From Gammaproteobacteria bacterium (GTDB lineage: Bacteria; Pseudomonadota; Gammaproteobacteria; Steroidobacterales; Foliamicaceae), in NCBI GenBank assembly GCA_963666765.1, contig OY762933.1:527773-591772 (forward strand): a DNA stretch of 64,000 bases. The letters are read 5' to 3'. Positions 28,118-37,018 of the stretch are shown here, in pieces. The notes under the pieces were generated by a model. That model made no database searches and was not told where the DNA came from. It saw only the letters and a list, made by a program, of their open reading frames with translations. Numbering within the stretch: position 1 is the stretch's first letter; the number at the start of each line of letters is the position of its first letter. A program made the translations under genes and the position numbers.

Positions 28118-30801
28118 GATTGCTCCAGTTCCTGGATGCGGCTGAGCACCTGGTACTGTCCGCGCGCGCTGTCGTCGTAGGAGAAGATCTGCAACCGGGC
28201 ATCGCCGGCGCTGAGTTCGCTCGCGGCCCTTTCCAGGGCCTGGCGCCAGGCGGCCAGGAGACTTTCCCAATTCTGGTGTTTCTTGAAGTCCCTGTGTTTC
28301 GAGATGGGTACCAATTTGGACATTGCCTTGCTGCCGGGGATGCTGGCTTCGGAATCGCAGATGCCCACGACGGAAGTTTCCCTGCCGGTCAGGTAAACGT
28401 AGGCTACGGCCGAAACGCCTCCGGTCGCGAGCGCGTAGGCCGGAAGCTGGCTGGAGCGAAGCCAATCGGGGTTGAGCCCCGAAAGCGGGAGTTTTCTGCC
28501 GGTCTTGTAGTCCAGCACCAGCGCGCCCGATTCCTCGCCGGCCTGGTCCACCCGGTCCAGGCGCATGGACAGCGTGATATCACCCAACTCAAGCTGTACC
28601 CGGTCTTCCAGCCCGGTCACGCGAAACTCTCCTCTTGCCAGGTCCAGCCGGGCCCAGTCCAGAGCCAGTTGCACCGCCCGCTCACGCTCCAGCCGCAAGA
28701 GCCCGAGCACCAGGGCGCGGGCGCCCAGCGGTTCGTCCCTGGGAATCCCGGCCGCCCATTCTTCAAGCCGGGGACGCAGTTCGTCGAAGTTCGCTTTCAG
28801 CGATTCAGCGTCTCCGTACTCGGCGTACAGGTCGTGCAGGAGCTTGTGCACGATGCTGCCGCGATCCAGCGGGCTCAGGCCTTCCCAGGGCCTCGGATAT
28901 TCCCTCGCGTGCAGGCGGTACTCCGCGAACGCTCGAAACGGGGAGTTCAACTGACAATCCATCAGGTGGGTTCCGCCACTGAACTCCTCGCCCTCCGCCT
29001 GCCCGGGCGCCGGGTCGTCGTGGAGCTGCACAAGCGATGCGCTCGAACGCAGGTCTTCGACAAAGAGATCCGGGTGTTTGCCGCCGAGCAGCTGCGAACG
29101 CTCTCGCAGGGGAACCGAAGCGATCAATGGACTGCAGGTCGTGGCGACGCCCTCTTCAGCGACTTCGGTCCAACTGAAAACCACCTCGTCGGCACTGGAG
29201 AGCAGCGCCGCGGTTTGCGCCCTTGCCCGCTCCAGTGCGATCTGCGGACTGGCATGGGGCATCTTCAGGCGCCTTTGCAGTCCCAGCGGAAGCAGGGGCA
29301 CCGGGCGCACCGCCCTGGGCCACAGGCTGGCGCTTGCGCCGGCAACCCACAAGCGGTCGAAATGCAGGCCCGCGGCTTCATCGACGGGAAGCAGTTCCAC
29401 GGCATCGTCCGGACCCTGGGGCTGGAACTTCTGCTGACGCGCCATGGTGTTCAGCCGGGCGAGCGCCACCGGAAGCGTCACGGCGCCGCTTGCAACGGCA
29501 TCGCAGCCGCCGAACTCCCCCAGCAGGCGGGTCCATGCCTCCACCGCCTGTTGCTCGCTGCTGACCAGTCCCCGCCGGCCCGGCCAACCCAGTGTGCGCA
29601 GAAACGATGTGAATACCGCGGCCCAGGTCCGGTAGGAGTGCGCCTTGCCCTTTCCGCGGGTCTTTCGCGAAGCCTGCCAAGCATTCTGAAGTAGCTCCGC
29701 GAGCCGGGGGGTTCCGCGCCCTGCCCGGGCCATGAGCTGTGGTCGCGTGATCTCCCCGCCCACCAGTTTGTCGCGCAGGCTGCGCTCGAGGTTCGCCCGC
29801 ACTCCGGATTCTCTCCGCGACCCTCTCAGATAAGCGCCCCGCAGGACCCGGCTTACGGTCTCGAAATCGAATGACCTGCCCAGCAGATGGAGTGCGTCCA
29901 GCGCCATTTCCGCAGGGCCGTATTCGGCCAGGGACGGTGCTTCGGCGCTGTTCAGCGGTGCGTTCTGCGGAAACCCGCGCGCCTGCCAGGCCGGCTGCAT
30001 GCGATCAAGCAAGATTCTGCGGGCCCGCTGGGCGCGATCGGAAAAATCGAAGAGCACGATTCCGGCGTTTCCGGAACCAGCCCAGAGCGCCGCCGCGTGA
30101 AGCTCCTCGTCCCCGGTCTCAAACGAAACCTGGCATACGCTTGCCGCCTCCGGGACCGGCGGGCCTCCGGAAATCGACCCTCCGTTTGCCCGCAGGGACT
30201 CAATCAACGCGGCTTGCGGCGGCGTAAGGGCAGCGCCGAATCCGAGCAGGAACAGAGGCTTGCGCACTGCGATCGCGCCGGTTTGCAGGTCCTGCGCCAG
30301 CAACTGCGGAAGCGCCGCCGGTTCCAGCCAATTGCCTGCAGTCCGGGATTCCTCGAACCGCCCGGTCCAGCGGGCGAAACGGCGTTCATCCTCGCCTTCC
30401 ACCTCGGCGCGTAAGCGCTCGAGGTTCAAGCCGTACTCAAGCGCCAGGTTCCAGCTCTTGCGGGCCAGGGTGGCGTTCTGCTCCAGGTCGAAGCCTTCGA
30501 CCGCCTCCGGCCTCAGGGCCTGCTCCCAAAGCATCAGCGATCCGTGCGGCGACAACAGCGAGAACCCGCCGGCATGGCCTCCACGCAGCAGGGAATCCTC
30601 CCAGAGGCGGCGCATCCACTCCTGCCAGGAGATCACTTGCGGGCGCCGCCAGACCGTAGCGTTGGAAGCCCGCCGCCACTGGCCGTAGCGAAAACGCAGC
30701 CGCCGGGCCAGTCTTGCGGTGCCGGTAACTGCCGAAGCCCCCTCGCGAAGCTGCGGGAACAGGTCCCTTTCGAGAACCTGCTGGTACGAGGATTTGTTCA
30801 A
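28114..30801 (-). CDS. addB: AddB-type inactive helicase/PD-(D/E)XK nuclease subunit
   Basis: Degenerate helicase N-terminus, GLHFDRLWV, PFRAFA..RL, RG..VH and RLDRVD...LDYKTG..QLPAY. Translationally coupled to addA. Confidence 0.8.
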   Translation of the reverse strand: MNKSSYQQVLERDLFPQLREGASAVTGTARLARRLRFRYGQWRRASNATVWRRPQVISWQEWMRRLWEDSLLRGGHAGGFSLLSPHGSLMLWEQALRPEAVEGFDLEQNATLARKSWNLALEYGLNLERLRAEVEGEDERRFARWTGRFEESRTAGNWLEPAALPQLLAQDLQTGAIAVRKPLFLLGFGAALTPPQAALIESLRANGGSISGGPPVPEAASVCQVSFETGDEELHAAALWAGSGNAGIVLFDFSDRAQRARRILLDRMQPAWQARGFPQNAPLNSAEAPSLAEYGPAEMALDALHLLGRSFDFETVSRVLRGAYLRGSRRESGVRANLERSLRDKLVGGEITRPQLMARAGRGTPRLAELLQNAWQASRKTRGKGKAHSYRTWAAVFTSFLRTLGWPGRRGLVSSEQQAVEAWTRLLGEFGGCDAVASGAVTLPVALARLNTMARQQKFQPQGPDDAVELLPVDEAAGLHFDRLWVAGASASLWPRAVRPVPLLPLGLQRRLKMPHASPQIALERARAQTAALLSSADEVVFSWTEVAEEGVATTCSPLIASVPLRERSQLLGGKHPDLFVEDLRSSASLVQLHDDPAPGQAEGEEFSGGTHLMDCQLNSPFRAFAEYRLHAREYPRPWEGLSPLDRGSIVHKLLHDLYAEYGDAESLKANFDELRPRLEEWAAGIPRDEPLGARALVLGLLRLERERAVQLALDWARLDLARGEFRVTGLEDRVQLELGDITLSMRLDRVDQAGEESGALVLDYKTGRKLPLSGLNPDWLRSSQLPAYALATGGVSAVAYVYLTGRETSVVGICDSEASIPGSKAMSKLVPISKHRDFKKHQNWESLLAAWRQALERAASELSAGDARLQIFSYDDSARGQYQVLSRIQELEQS

Positions 30802-30858
30802 ACCTTCAGCACGGGTGGGCTAATTGCTGTTTCTCTTGGCGAAGATGCCAAATGGACA

Positions 30859-30915
30859 CTCCGGGAAGGAGCGCGTCCTGCCCTCGTCGAAGGCGGGACG
30901 CCTTCGTTCCCGGAG
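30859..30915. repeat. Inverted pair of REP-like units
   Basis: CTCCGGGAA...GCGTCCTGCCCTC / GAAGGCGGGACGCCTTCGTTCCCGGAG in the intergenic region. Confidence 0.65.
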
Positions 30916-30963
30916 CCTAAAGGTTAAGCTACGCACGCTCAATTGCCAATCCACCCCGGGTGC

Positions 30964-32937
30964 ATGGAATATCCGCTTCTGCTTGAACCGATAACGCTGG
31001 CCGGCCGAACCGTTCGCAACCGCGTGGTTCACGCGTCGATGAGCACGCGTTATACACAGAACCAGGAAATCAACCCGCGCCTGGTGCGCTACCATGCCAA
31101 TCGCGCCGCGGGCGGAGTGGGCATGATCGTGACCGAGCCGCTGAACGCGCTTCCGTGGCACGACCGCTCGCACCGCCCTGCCCTGTTCGAGCCGAACGCC
31201 CGCGATGACCTGGCCCGCTGGGCCGACAGCGTTGAAAGTCTGGGCTGCCGATTGCTGGGGCAGTTTCAGGATTCCGGGCGCGGTCACCGGGAGGCGGGGC
31301 GATCGCTGCAGGCCTGGGCCCCCTCGGCGTTGCCCGATGACCTGAGCTGGACCATGCCCAGGGAGATGCCCCGGCATCGCATTCACGAAGCGATCGAGCA
31401 TTTCGGCAAAGGCGCCCGGCGACTGGAGGAAGCCGGCTTCAGCGGGGTGGAGTTGTCCGCCGGACATGGCCACCTGTTTCATCAGTTCCTGTCGCCCGCG
31501 GCCAACATACGGGAGGACGAGTACGGCGGCGACCTGGAAGGCAGGACCCGATTCGTCAGAGAGTTAATACAAATAATAACAAGTAATTGTAAGAATAGTT
31601 TCATAATAGGTCTCAAGCTCCCGGGGACTGACGGCATACCGGGAGGCATTGATCATCCCGAGTCCGCGCGCATTACCGCCCGGCTGGCGGAGGCCGGCGG
31701 CTTTCACTACCTGGTCTATTGTGACGGTTCGCACTCCAATACGCTGGAAACCCATATTCCCGACATGAGTTACCCGCGCGCACCGTATGTCGACGGGCAT
31801 GCGGAGATTGCCGCCAATGCGCCGGATGTTCCGCTCATGGCACTCGGGTTGATCACGGATCCGGCTGAGGCGGAGGGCATACTTTCCGCCGGCAAGGCGC
31901 AGATGGTGGCGCTGGGACGGCCGTTGGTGACCGACGCAGCCTGGGTGAAGAAATCCGCGGAAGGCAGGCAATCCGAGATTCGCTACTGCGTTTCCTGCAA
32001 CACCTGCTGGGCGACAATCGTCGAACGCAAACCGATCCTTTGCGACAACAATCCCCGGCTCTCTCAGCCTGATGAGGTGGACTACTGGCCGCGTCCGGTA
32101 AAGCGCAAGCGCCGGGTCGTGGTAGTGGGCGCCGGCCCGGCCGGGCTGGAGGCGAGCTGGGTGGCGGCCGCGCGGGGCCACGAGGTGACGGTATTCGGTT
32201 CATCCGAGCGTCCCGGGGGCAAGGCGTACCTCCATGCCCAACTGCCCGGCGGCGAGAATGTCAGCAGCGTCTACGACTACCAGGAGATGGCTGCAGCCAA
32301 GGCGGGAGCAACGGTGCATCTGGGATTCCGTGCAGCTGTGGACGACGTGCGGCAATGCGAGCCGGACGTGGTGGTCCTGGCGTGCGGCGCCTCAATGCTG
32401 TGGCCGTCCGGCTGGCCCGGGGAATGGCGCGATTTCGTTTTCGATGTTCGCGACGTCAGCCGGGAAATGCTGGAGCGCCCGGAAGAAACGATAGACGGAA
32501 CGGCGGTGTTATGGGATCAGGACCATACGCTGGCGACGTACGCAGCCGCCGAACTGCTGGCGCAGCGTTTTTCCCGTCTGGTGATCGTGACTCCCCGGGA
32601 ACGCCTGGCCAGCGACGTGGGCCTGGTGACGCGGCAAGGCATTTATCGCCGGCTGTATGGCATGCCGAACGTAGAGGTCATTCTGCTTTCGGACATCCAC
32701 GCCCGCTCGGCGCTGGATGAAGGCCGCGTAACCTGCCGCAACGTGCTTAACGGCTCCCTCACCGATATCGATGACCTGGCCCTGCTGACCTGGTCCGGCA
32801 GCCGCGCGCCCAATGACGAACTGTCCGCGCCGTTAAGGGCGGAAGGCCTGGAGGTCGTTTGCGTGGGCGACTGCGACATGCCGCGCACGCTCCTCGCCGC
32901 CACCTCCGAAGGCCATGCGCTGGGCCGCTCGCTATAG
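30964..32937 (+). CDS. NADH:flavin oxidoreductase (OYE TIM barrel + 4Fe-4S + FAD domain; FadH/TMADH-like architecture)
   Basis: RNRVVHASM, RAAGGVGMIVTE, AGFSGVEL, N.R.D.YGG, CVSCNTC...C and VVGAGPAGLE. Confidence 0.88.
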   Translation: MEYPLLLEPITLAGRTVRNRVVHASMSTRYTQNQEINPRLVRYHANRAAGGVGMIVTEPLNALPWHDRSHRPALFEPNARDDLARWADSVESLGCRLLGQFQDSGRGHREAGRSLQAWAPSALPDDLSWTMPREMPRHRIHEAIEHFGKGARRLEEAGFSGVELSAGHGHLFHQFLSPAANIREDEYGGDLEGRTRFVRELIQIITSNCKNSFIIGLKLPGTDGIPGGIDHPESARITARLAEAGGFHYLVYCDGSHSNTLETHIPDMSYPRAPYVDGHAEIAANAPDVPLMALGLITDPAEAEGILSAGKAQMVALGRPLVTDAAWVKKSAEGRQSEIRYCVSCNTCWATIVERKPILCDNNPRLSQPDEVDYWPRPVKRKRRVVVVGAGPAGLEASWVAAARGHEVTVFGSSERPGGKAYLHAQLPGGENVSSVYDYQEMAAAKAGATVHLGFRAAVDDVRQCEPDVVVLACGASMLWPSGWPGEWRDFVFDVRDVSREMLERPEETIDGTAVLWDQDHTLATYAAAELLAQRFSRLVIVTPRERLASDVGLVTRQGIYRRLYGMPNVEVILLSDIHARSALDEGRVTCRNVLNGSLTDIDDLALLTWSGSRAPNDELSAPLRAEGLEVVCVGDCDMPRTLLAATSEGHALGRSL

Positions 32938-32940
32938 CCA

Positions 32941-32984
32941 GGGAGAGGGGCGTCCCGCCGAGGGGCAACGCCCCTCACTCCCGG
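32941..32984. repeat. REP-like hairpin between convergent genes
   Basis: GGGAGAGGGGCGTCCCGCC...ACGCCCCTCACTCCC. Confidence 0.6.
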
Positions 32985-32986
32985 GT

Positions 32987-33958
32987 CTACATGAACGGGC
33001 GGACCACTTTGTTGGACTCCATGTAGCAGTACGACAGCATCCAGTAGAGGTTGATGCCGATGCGTTCGGTCGTGGGTTCCGTGAAGACGTAGCCGTGCGA
33101 CTTGATCTCGTCGCCGATGTACTCCAGCACGTACAGCACCAGCACGTCGCGGGTGAAGACGTCGCTGTAGTTGTTGAGCGGCCAATCGACGTTCGATAGC
33201 CGGATGCCGATCTCCCGGCCGTCCGAATGGGTGATGCGCGCTCCGCCGCCGCGGTCGTGGACCTGGAGGTTGTCGTAGCGCCTGTACTCCTCGTCACGCC
33301 CGCCGCTCACGCCGGGAATGTCGATGTAGCAGCTCATCATGCGCGCCGCGTGCAGCTCGTAGGTCCCCCCGGGATGGTCACGGCCGCCCGGCGAGTCCAG
33401 CCACATCTGCTGCTCGCCAAGGAGCGATTCATTTGCCCATTCCGCGCATTCGCCGTCCGCCTGGCCGCGGAACTGCGCGGCCTCGCGGGTCCAGTACACG
33501 ACGCAATCCGGCGGCCCATCCGGTCGCGCCGTAACGCCGGCGCCTTCGGCCAACGGCTCCAGGTCCTCAACCGGCCGGTCCCAGACCTCCATGCGGGTCG
33601 CCTCCCGTTCGTTGTCCGGCGAAAGGGTCAGCGCCCCCGCGCGCGTCAGCCTGGAATAGTCTCCGCCGGCGAATTCCCGGAAGGCCATCAGCATGGAATC
33701 CGGGCCGCCGACGCGTTCGACGCGAATCTCGATACGATCGTGGCGCTCGTTTTCCGGATAGCCGATACGACGGTCGAAATACACCTGGTTGTAGTTGTCG
33801 TAAACGCGCGCCAGAAGCTCGGCCAGGACCATGGTGTTGCGTTCCGTGGGCGTCGAGTCCTCGCCCTGCGCCAGAGCCGGCCCTGCGCCCAGCAGTCCCA
33901 GCGGGCCTGCCAGCGCAAGCATGCTCAGGGCGAACACCCTCCCTGCCGGGTTATCCAT
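32987..33958 (-). CDS. Exported CpcT/CpeT (T-type bilin lyase)-like protein
   Basis: Signal peptide (ALA|Q). LAELL..VYDNYNQV...ERH.RI...V resembles the CpcT N-terminus; also C.V.W......F.G. Confidence 0.55.
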   Translation of the reverse strand: MDNPAGRVFALSMLALAGPLGLLGAGPALAQGEDSTPTERNTMVLAELLARVYDNYNQVYFDRRIGYPENERHDRIEIRVERVGGPDSMLMAFREFAGGDYSRLTRAGALTLSPDNEREATRMEVWDRPVEDLEPLAEGAGVTARPDGPPDCVVYWTREAAQFRGQADGECAEWANESLLGEQQMWLDSPGGRDHPGGTYELHAARMMSCYIDIPGVSGGRDEEYRRYDNLQVHDRGGGARITHSDGREIGIRLSNVDWPLNNYSDVFTRDVLVLYVLEYIGDEIKSHGYVFTEPTTERIGINLYWMLSYCYMESNKVVRPFM

Positions 33959-34688
33959 GTTCGATCTCCAGGTCCATGAGTTCGTAGTAGGTCATCATGT
34001 AGCCGTAGACGGCGCCGCGGAGGAAGATGTAGTGGCCGTCGGCGGTGCACCAGACGTCGTACTTGGGGTGTTCGTTGGGCAACCCGACGTTTTCGCCGAA
34101 CCGGAAATGCAGGGCGTCGAACTCGCCCGCTCCCACCGTGATCTTCTCCTCGCCCACGTATTCGATCGCAGGCGAAATGCTGACCAGCAACGGGCCGGTG
34201 GCGCCGCGATGGTCGGGCGATGACATCAGCAATTGCGGAAATCTCTGCACGCCCGGACCCTTGCTAAGATCGAACATGCTCAACACCCAGGAATCGCAGA
34301 TGATGGCGTGATCGACAAAGGCCCGCGGGCGCTCGATCAGGCTCATTTTCTGCGAGACCCGGCCTTCTATGGCCGTATACGTCTCGCACTCGGCCTCATC
34401 CTCCGAGAAGCGGAACCAGCCGCTGCCCATGAACCGGTCGCCAACCGATATGCGCACGAAGCAGTCAAGCGGATGCCAGTTCTCGTCCAGCGTCAGCGCC
34501 ACGTTGCGCATGACGCTTGGGCGGTCGTCGATCTCGCTTTGCGCCATGCAGGTGCGGTGGCCGTCGGAATGAACGGTGATGGTGAACCGCTCGCGGCCGC
34601 GTTCCTGGTCCATGCGGTCCGGTTTCTTGCTCAGGTAGGCAATGCGGCCGTGATAGTTCACGTGGTCAACTTGCAGAATGTCACTCAT
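33951..34688 (-). CDS. Conserved hypothetical protein (ERGRE.F / DHRGATGP motifs)
   Basis: Clean codon usage, a ribosome-binding site and overlap with the downstream gene. ITVGAGEFDA C-terminal beta motif. Confidence 0.75.
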   Translation of the reverse strand: MSDILQVDHVNYHGRIAYLSKKPDRMDQERGRERFTITVHSDGHRTCMAQSEIDDRPSVMRNVALTLDENWHPLDCFVRISVGDRFMGSGWFRFSEDEAECETYTAIEGRVSQKMSLIERPRAFVDHAIICDSWVLSMFDLSKGPGVQRFPQLLMSSPDHRGATGPLLVSISPAIEYVGEEKITVGAGEFDALHFRFGENVGLPNEHPKYDVWCTADGHYIFLRGAVYGYMMTYYELMDLEIEHG

Positions 34689-34717
34689 TGGGACCCCTCC
34701 CGGTTTGGTTGAAACTC

Positions 34718-35221
34718 CTAGTCCATGATGCCGTGGCCGCGCGTGGGCACGAGCACGGTTCGGTCGAAAATACAGACCACGTCGCCATGCTGGTTACGGC
34801 CGGTGGTGCGCACCGTCACGATTCCGGCATTGGGACGTGATTTGGATGGCCTTTTGGCGATGACCTCGGATGATCCGTACAGGGTATCGCCGATGAACAG
34901 CGGATTGGGCAGGCGGATGTCCCCCCAGCCCAGGTTGGCGATGGCCTTCTCGCTGACGTCCGATACGCTCATGCCCACCAGCACCGAAAGCGTCAGCGTG
35001 CTGACGATCAGCCGCCGGCCGAACTCGGTCTTTCCCGCGTACTCCTTGTCGAAATGAAGCGGGTGCGTGTTCATGGTGAGCAGGGTGAACCAGGTGTTGT
35101 CGGTCTCGGTCAGCGTCCGCGCCGGGGAATGCTCGTACACGTCTCCCTTGCGGAACTCCTCGTAGTAGCGTCCGCCGGGGCGCCGCACCACGCGGCCCTT
35201 TTCGGGGCTTGCCTCGGCCAC
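34718..35221 (-). CDS. MaoC-family (hot-dog fold) dehydratase
   Basis: GRYYEEF, RT.TETDN.WF..LTMN.HPLHFD, IANLGW and F.GDTLY..SEV. Confidence 0.9.
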   Translation of the reverse strand: MAEASPEKGRVVRRPGGRYYEEFRKGDVYEHSPARTLTETDNTWFTLLTMNTHPLHFDKEYAGKTEFGRRLIVSTLTLSVLVGMSVSDVSEKAIANLGWGDIRLPNPLFIGDTLYGSSEVIAKRPSKSRPNAGIVTVRTTGRNQHGDVVCIFDRTVLVPTRGHGIMD

Positions 35222-35229
35222 TTTCGGGC

Positions 35230-35538
35230 TTAGAGGTCCTGACAGTGGATGAAGACGGGGTTTTCGGCGAACTGGCCGAATTCCGCGGCCAGCTGGCCGA
35301 CCGTGTCCGACTGGATGTCCTCGCCGAACTTCTCCATGCTGTTGAGGTCGATGATCTCCGCGTACTGATACGGGGGTGCCTCCGTCCCGCCCAGCAGGCC
35401 AACGCAGCGCAATACGCGGAAGCGGTCCACCGACGGCAGCCGGTTCACTTCCACCAGGTCGCGGCTGCGCGCCCAGGCCTGGTATTCGGCGGGGTCGGCG
35501 CCCTCCTTCAGGTTAAACAGCACGATGACGCTATCCAT
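35230..35538 (-). CDS. RedY/HapK-like (EthD-like dimeric alpha/beta barrel) protein
   Basis: VLFNLK.G.DP..Y..WARS.D...V..LPSV..F.V....GLLG...PPYQY.EII. Confidence 0.65.
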   Translation of the reverse strand: MDSVIVLFNLKEGADPAEYQAWARSRDLVEVNRLPSVDRFRVLRCVGLLGGTEAPPYQYAEIIDLNSMEKFGEDIQSDTVGQLAAEFGQFAENPVFIHCQDL

Positions 35539-35540
35539 AC

Positions 35541-36155
35541 TCAGTTCTCCTGATCCTCGCCGGAGGGCCGGGACTCTCCGACGTTCGCATTTTCTTCTTC
35601 TTCAAGGTCCGTTACCAGTTCCTCGATGGCGCCGGCGTCTTCATCTTCCGGTGGCGGAGGCAGGGCCGTGGCCTGGCCGAAGTGCGCCCGCACGGCTGTC
35701 TGGGTGACGGCATCCAGCCGGTAAACGCCGGTAACGGCAACCGGAAATCGTCCGATGGAACCGTTGCTGACCTGCAGGCGCTCGCCCGGATTGCCGCAGA
35801 CCCGGCCGGTCGATGAAGAGAACTGGATGCCGTACGCATGGCGAAGGTCCATGGACGGCGGCGAGACTTCCACGTGGTATACGCGCCGGCGGCCGTCGAA
35901 GACCAGCAGATTGGTCTCGTTGAGCACTTCGAAGTTGTCGATGCGATTCTGGAAGAAGCAATCCGCATTCCCCATGCTGTGCGGGAAACGGGCCATCCTT
36001 CCGGGACGTGAAGCCTGGGACCCTTCACCGCCCGCGGTGGCGCAGGAGGTGAGGATCAAGGCGGCTGCGAATGCCGCCATGGCCAGTGTGAGGGCGGTAC
36101 GCCCTCTCTCCCAGGGGGGACGCCCTCGCGCCCGGGTTGCGGGGTGGAGCATCAT
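35541..36155 (-). CDS. Hypothetical lipoprotein (DUF6491-like)
   Basis: Lipobox LTSC, C.....IDNFEVL, and an acidic tail. Start is 36155 (ATGA overlap) or 36080. Confidence 0.65.
   Translation of the reverse strand: MMLHPATRARGRPPWERGRTALTLAMAAFAAALILTSCATAGGEGSQASRPGRMARFPHSMGNADCFFQNRIDNFEVLNETNLLVFDGRRRVYHVEVSPPSMDLRHAYGIQFSSSTGRVCGNPGERLQVSNGSIGRFPVAVTGVYRLDAVTQTAVRAHFGQATALPPPPEDEDAGAIEELVTDLEEEENANVGESRPSGEDQEN
36090..36133. repeat. Tandem REP-like units
   Basis: GAGGGCGGTACGCCCTCTCTCCC followed by GGGGGACGCCCTCGCGCCC. Confidence 0.6.
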
Positions 36156-37018
36156 GAAGAGGGTCCCCCGGGTTCCGGGCCGCGCGCTACGGGACGTGTG
36201 TCGGATTGCGACCATTCGCTCCAGGAACCGGGATACAGCGCCGCGCCGTCAAGACCGGCCAGTTCCATGGCGAAGAGGTCATGACAGGCGGTGACTCCCG
36301 AACCGCACATGACGCAGGCCGTGGACGGATCGGCGCCTCCGAGGAGGTCCAGGTAGTGCTCGCGCAATTCGCCAGGAGGCCGGAACCGGCCGTTGGCGTC
36401 CAGGTTCTCGCGGAAGAAGGCATTGATGGCCCGCGGAACATGTCCGGCCCGCGAATCCAGCGGCTCCGAGAGCCCCTGGTAGCGGGCGCCGTCGCGCGCG
36501 TCCAGCATGCGCATGTCCCCGTCAATCGCCGCGCGTTCCACTTCGGTCAGCCCCACGACCGGCCGGCAGTGGCCCCCGACCGGGTAGTCCGTTGGCCCGA
36601 TGACAGGTTCATCACGTTCCAGTGGAAGGCCTTCCGCTTCCCAGGCCTGAATTCCGCCATCCAGAAGCCCGGCGCGCTCATGTCCCATCCAGTTCATCAT
36701 CCACCAGAGTCGTCCGGCGATCGCGCAGCCCATGTTGTCGTACGCCACTACCAAAGTACCCGGTTTGATGCCCCAGCGCCCCAGCGTGGTCGCAAATTCC
36801 GCGGGAGCGGGCAGCGGATGACGGCCGCCCTCGCCTGCCGCATGGCCGGCGAGATCGTGATCGAGGTCCGCGTAGGGCGCCCCGGGGATGTGGCTCTCGG
36901 CCCACAGCGCCCGCCCGCCCGCGGGGTTCATCAGGTCGAAGCGGCAGTCCACCGCCCGGGCCTCACCCGCCTCAATGGCGGAATGCAGTTCCGCGGGGGT
37001 CAGCAGCAACGCGGCCAC
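36152..37018 (-). CDS. sseA: Tandem-rhodanese sulfurtransferase (3-mercaptopyruvate type)
   Basis: HIPGA, GRHPLP, LDGG...[14 protein letters not shown] and YPGSWSEW. Confidence 0.9.
   Translation of the reverse strand: MAALLLTPAELHSAIEAGEARAVDCRFDLMNPAGGRALWAESHIPGAPYADLDHDLAGHAAGEGGRHPLPAPAEFATTLGRWGIKPGTLVVAYDNMGCAIAGRLWWMMNWMGHERAGLLDGGIQAWEAEGLPLERDEPVIGPTDYPVGGHCRPVVGLTEVERAAIDGDMRMLDARDGARYQGLSEPLDSRAGHVPRAINAFFRENLDANGRFRPPGELREHYLDLLGGADPSTACVMCGSGVTACHDLFAMELAGLDGAALYPGSWSEWSQSDTRPVARGPEPGGPSS

Noticed and set aside
28118-28465. N-terminal extension of the 1213-aa helicase ORF
   Set aside because: It overlaps the addB C-terminus. Helicase homology starts at the GTG at 28117, which overlaps the addB stop.
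30964-32937. Calling the OYE enzyme bilirubin reductase (BilR) or FadH
   Set aside because: It lacks the BilR HGDR motif (it has HGHL) and the FadH-type GYL Tyr, so only the family-level call is supported.
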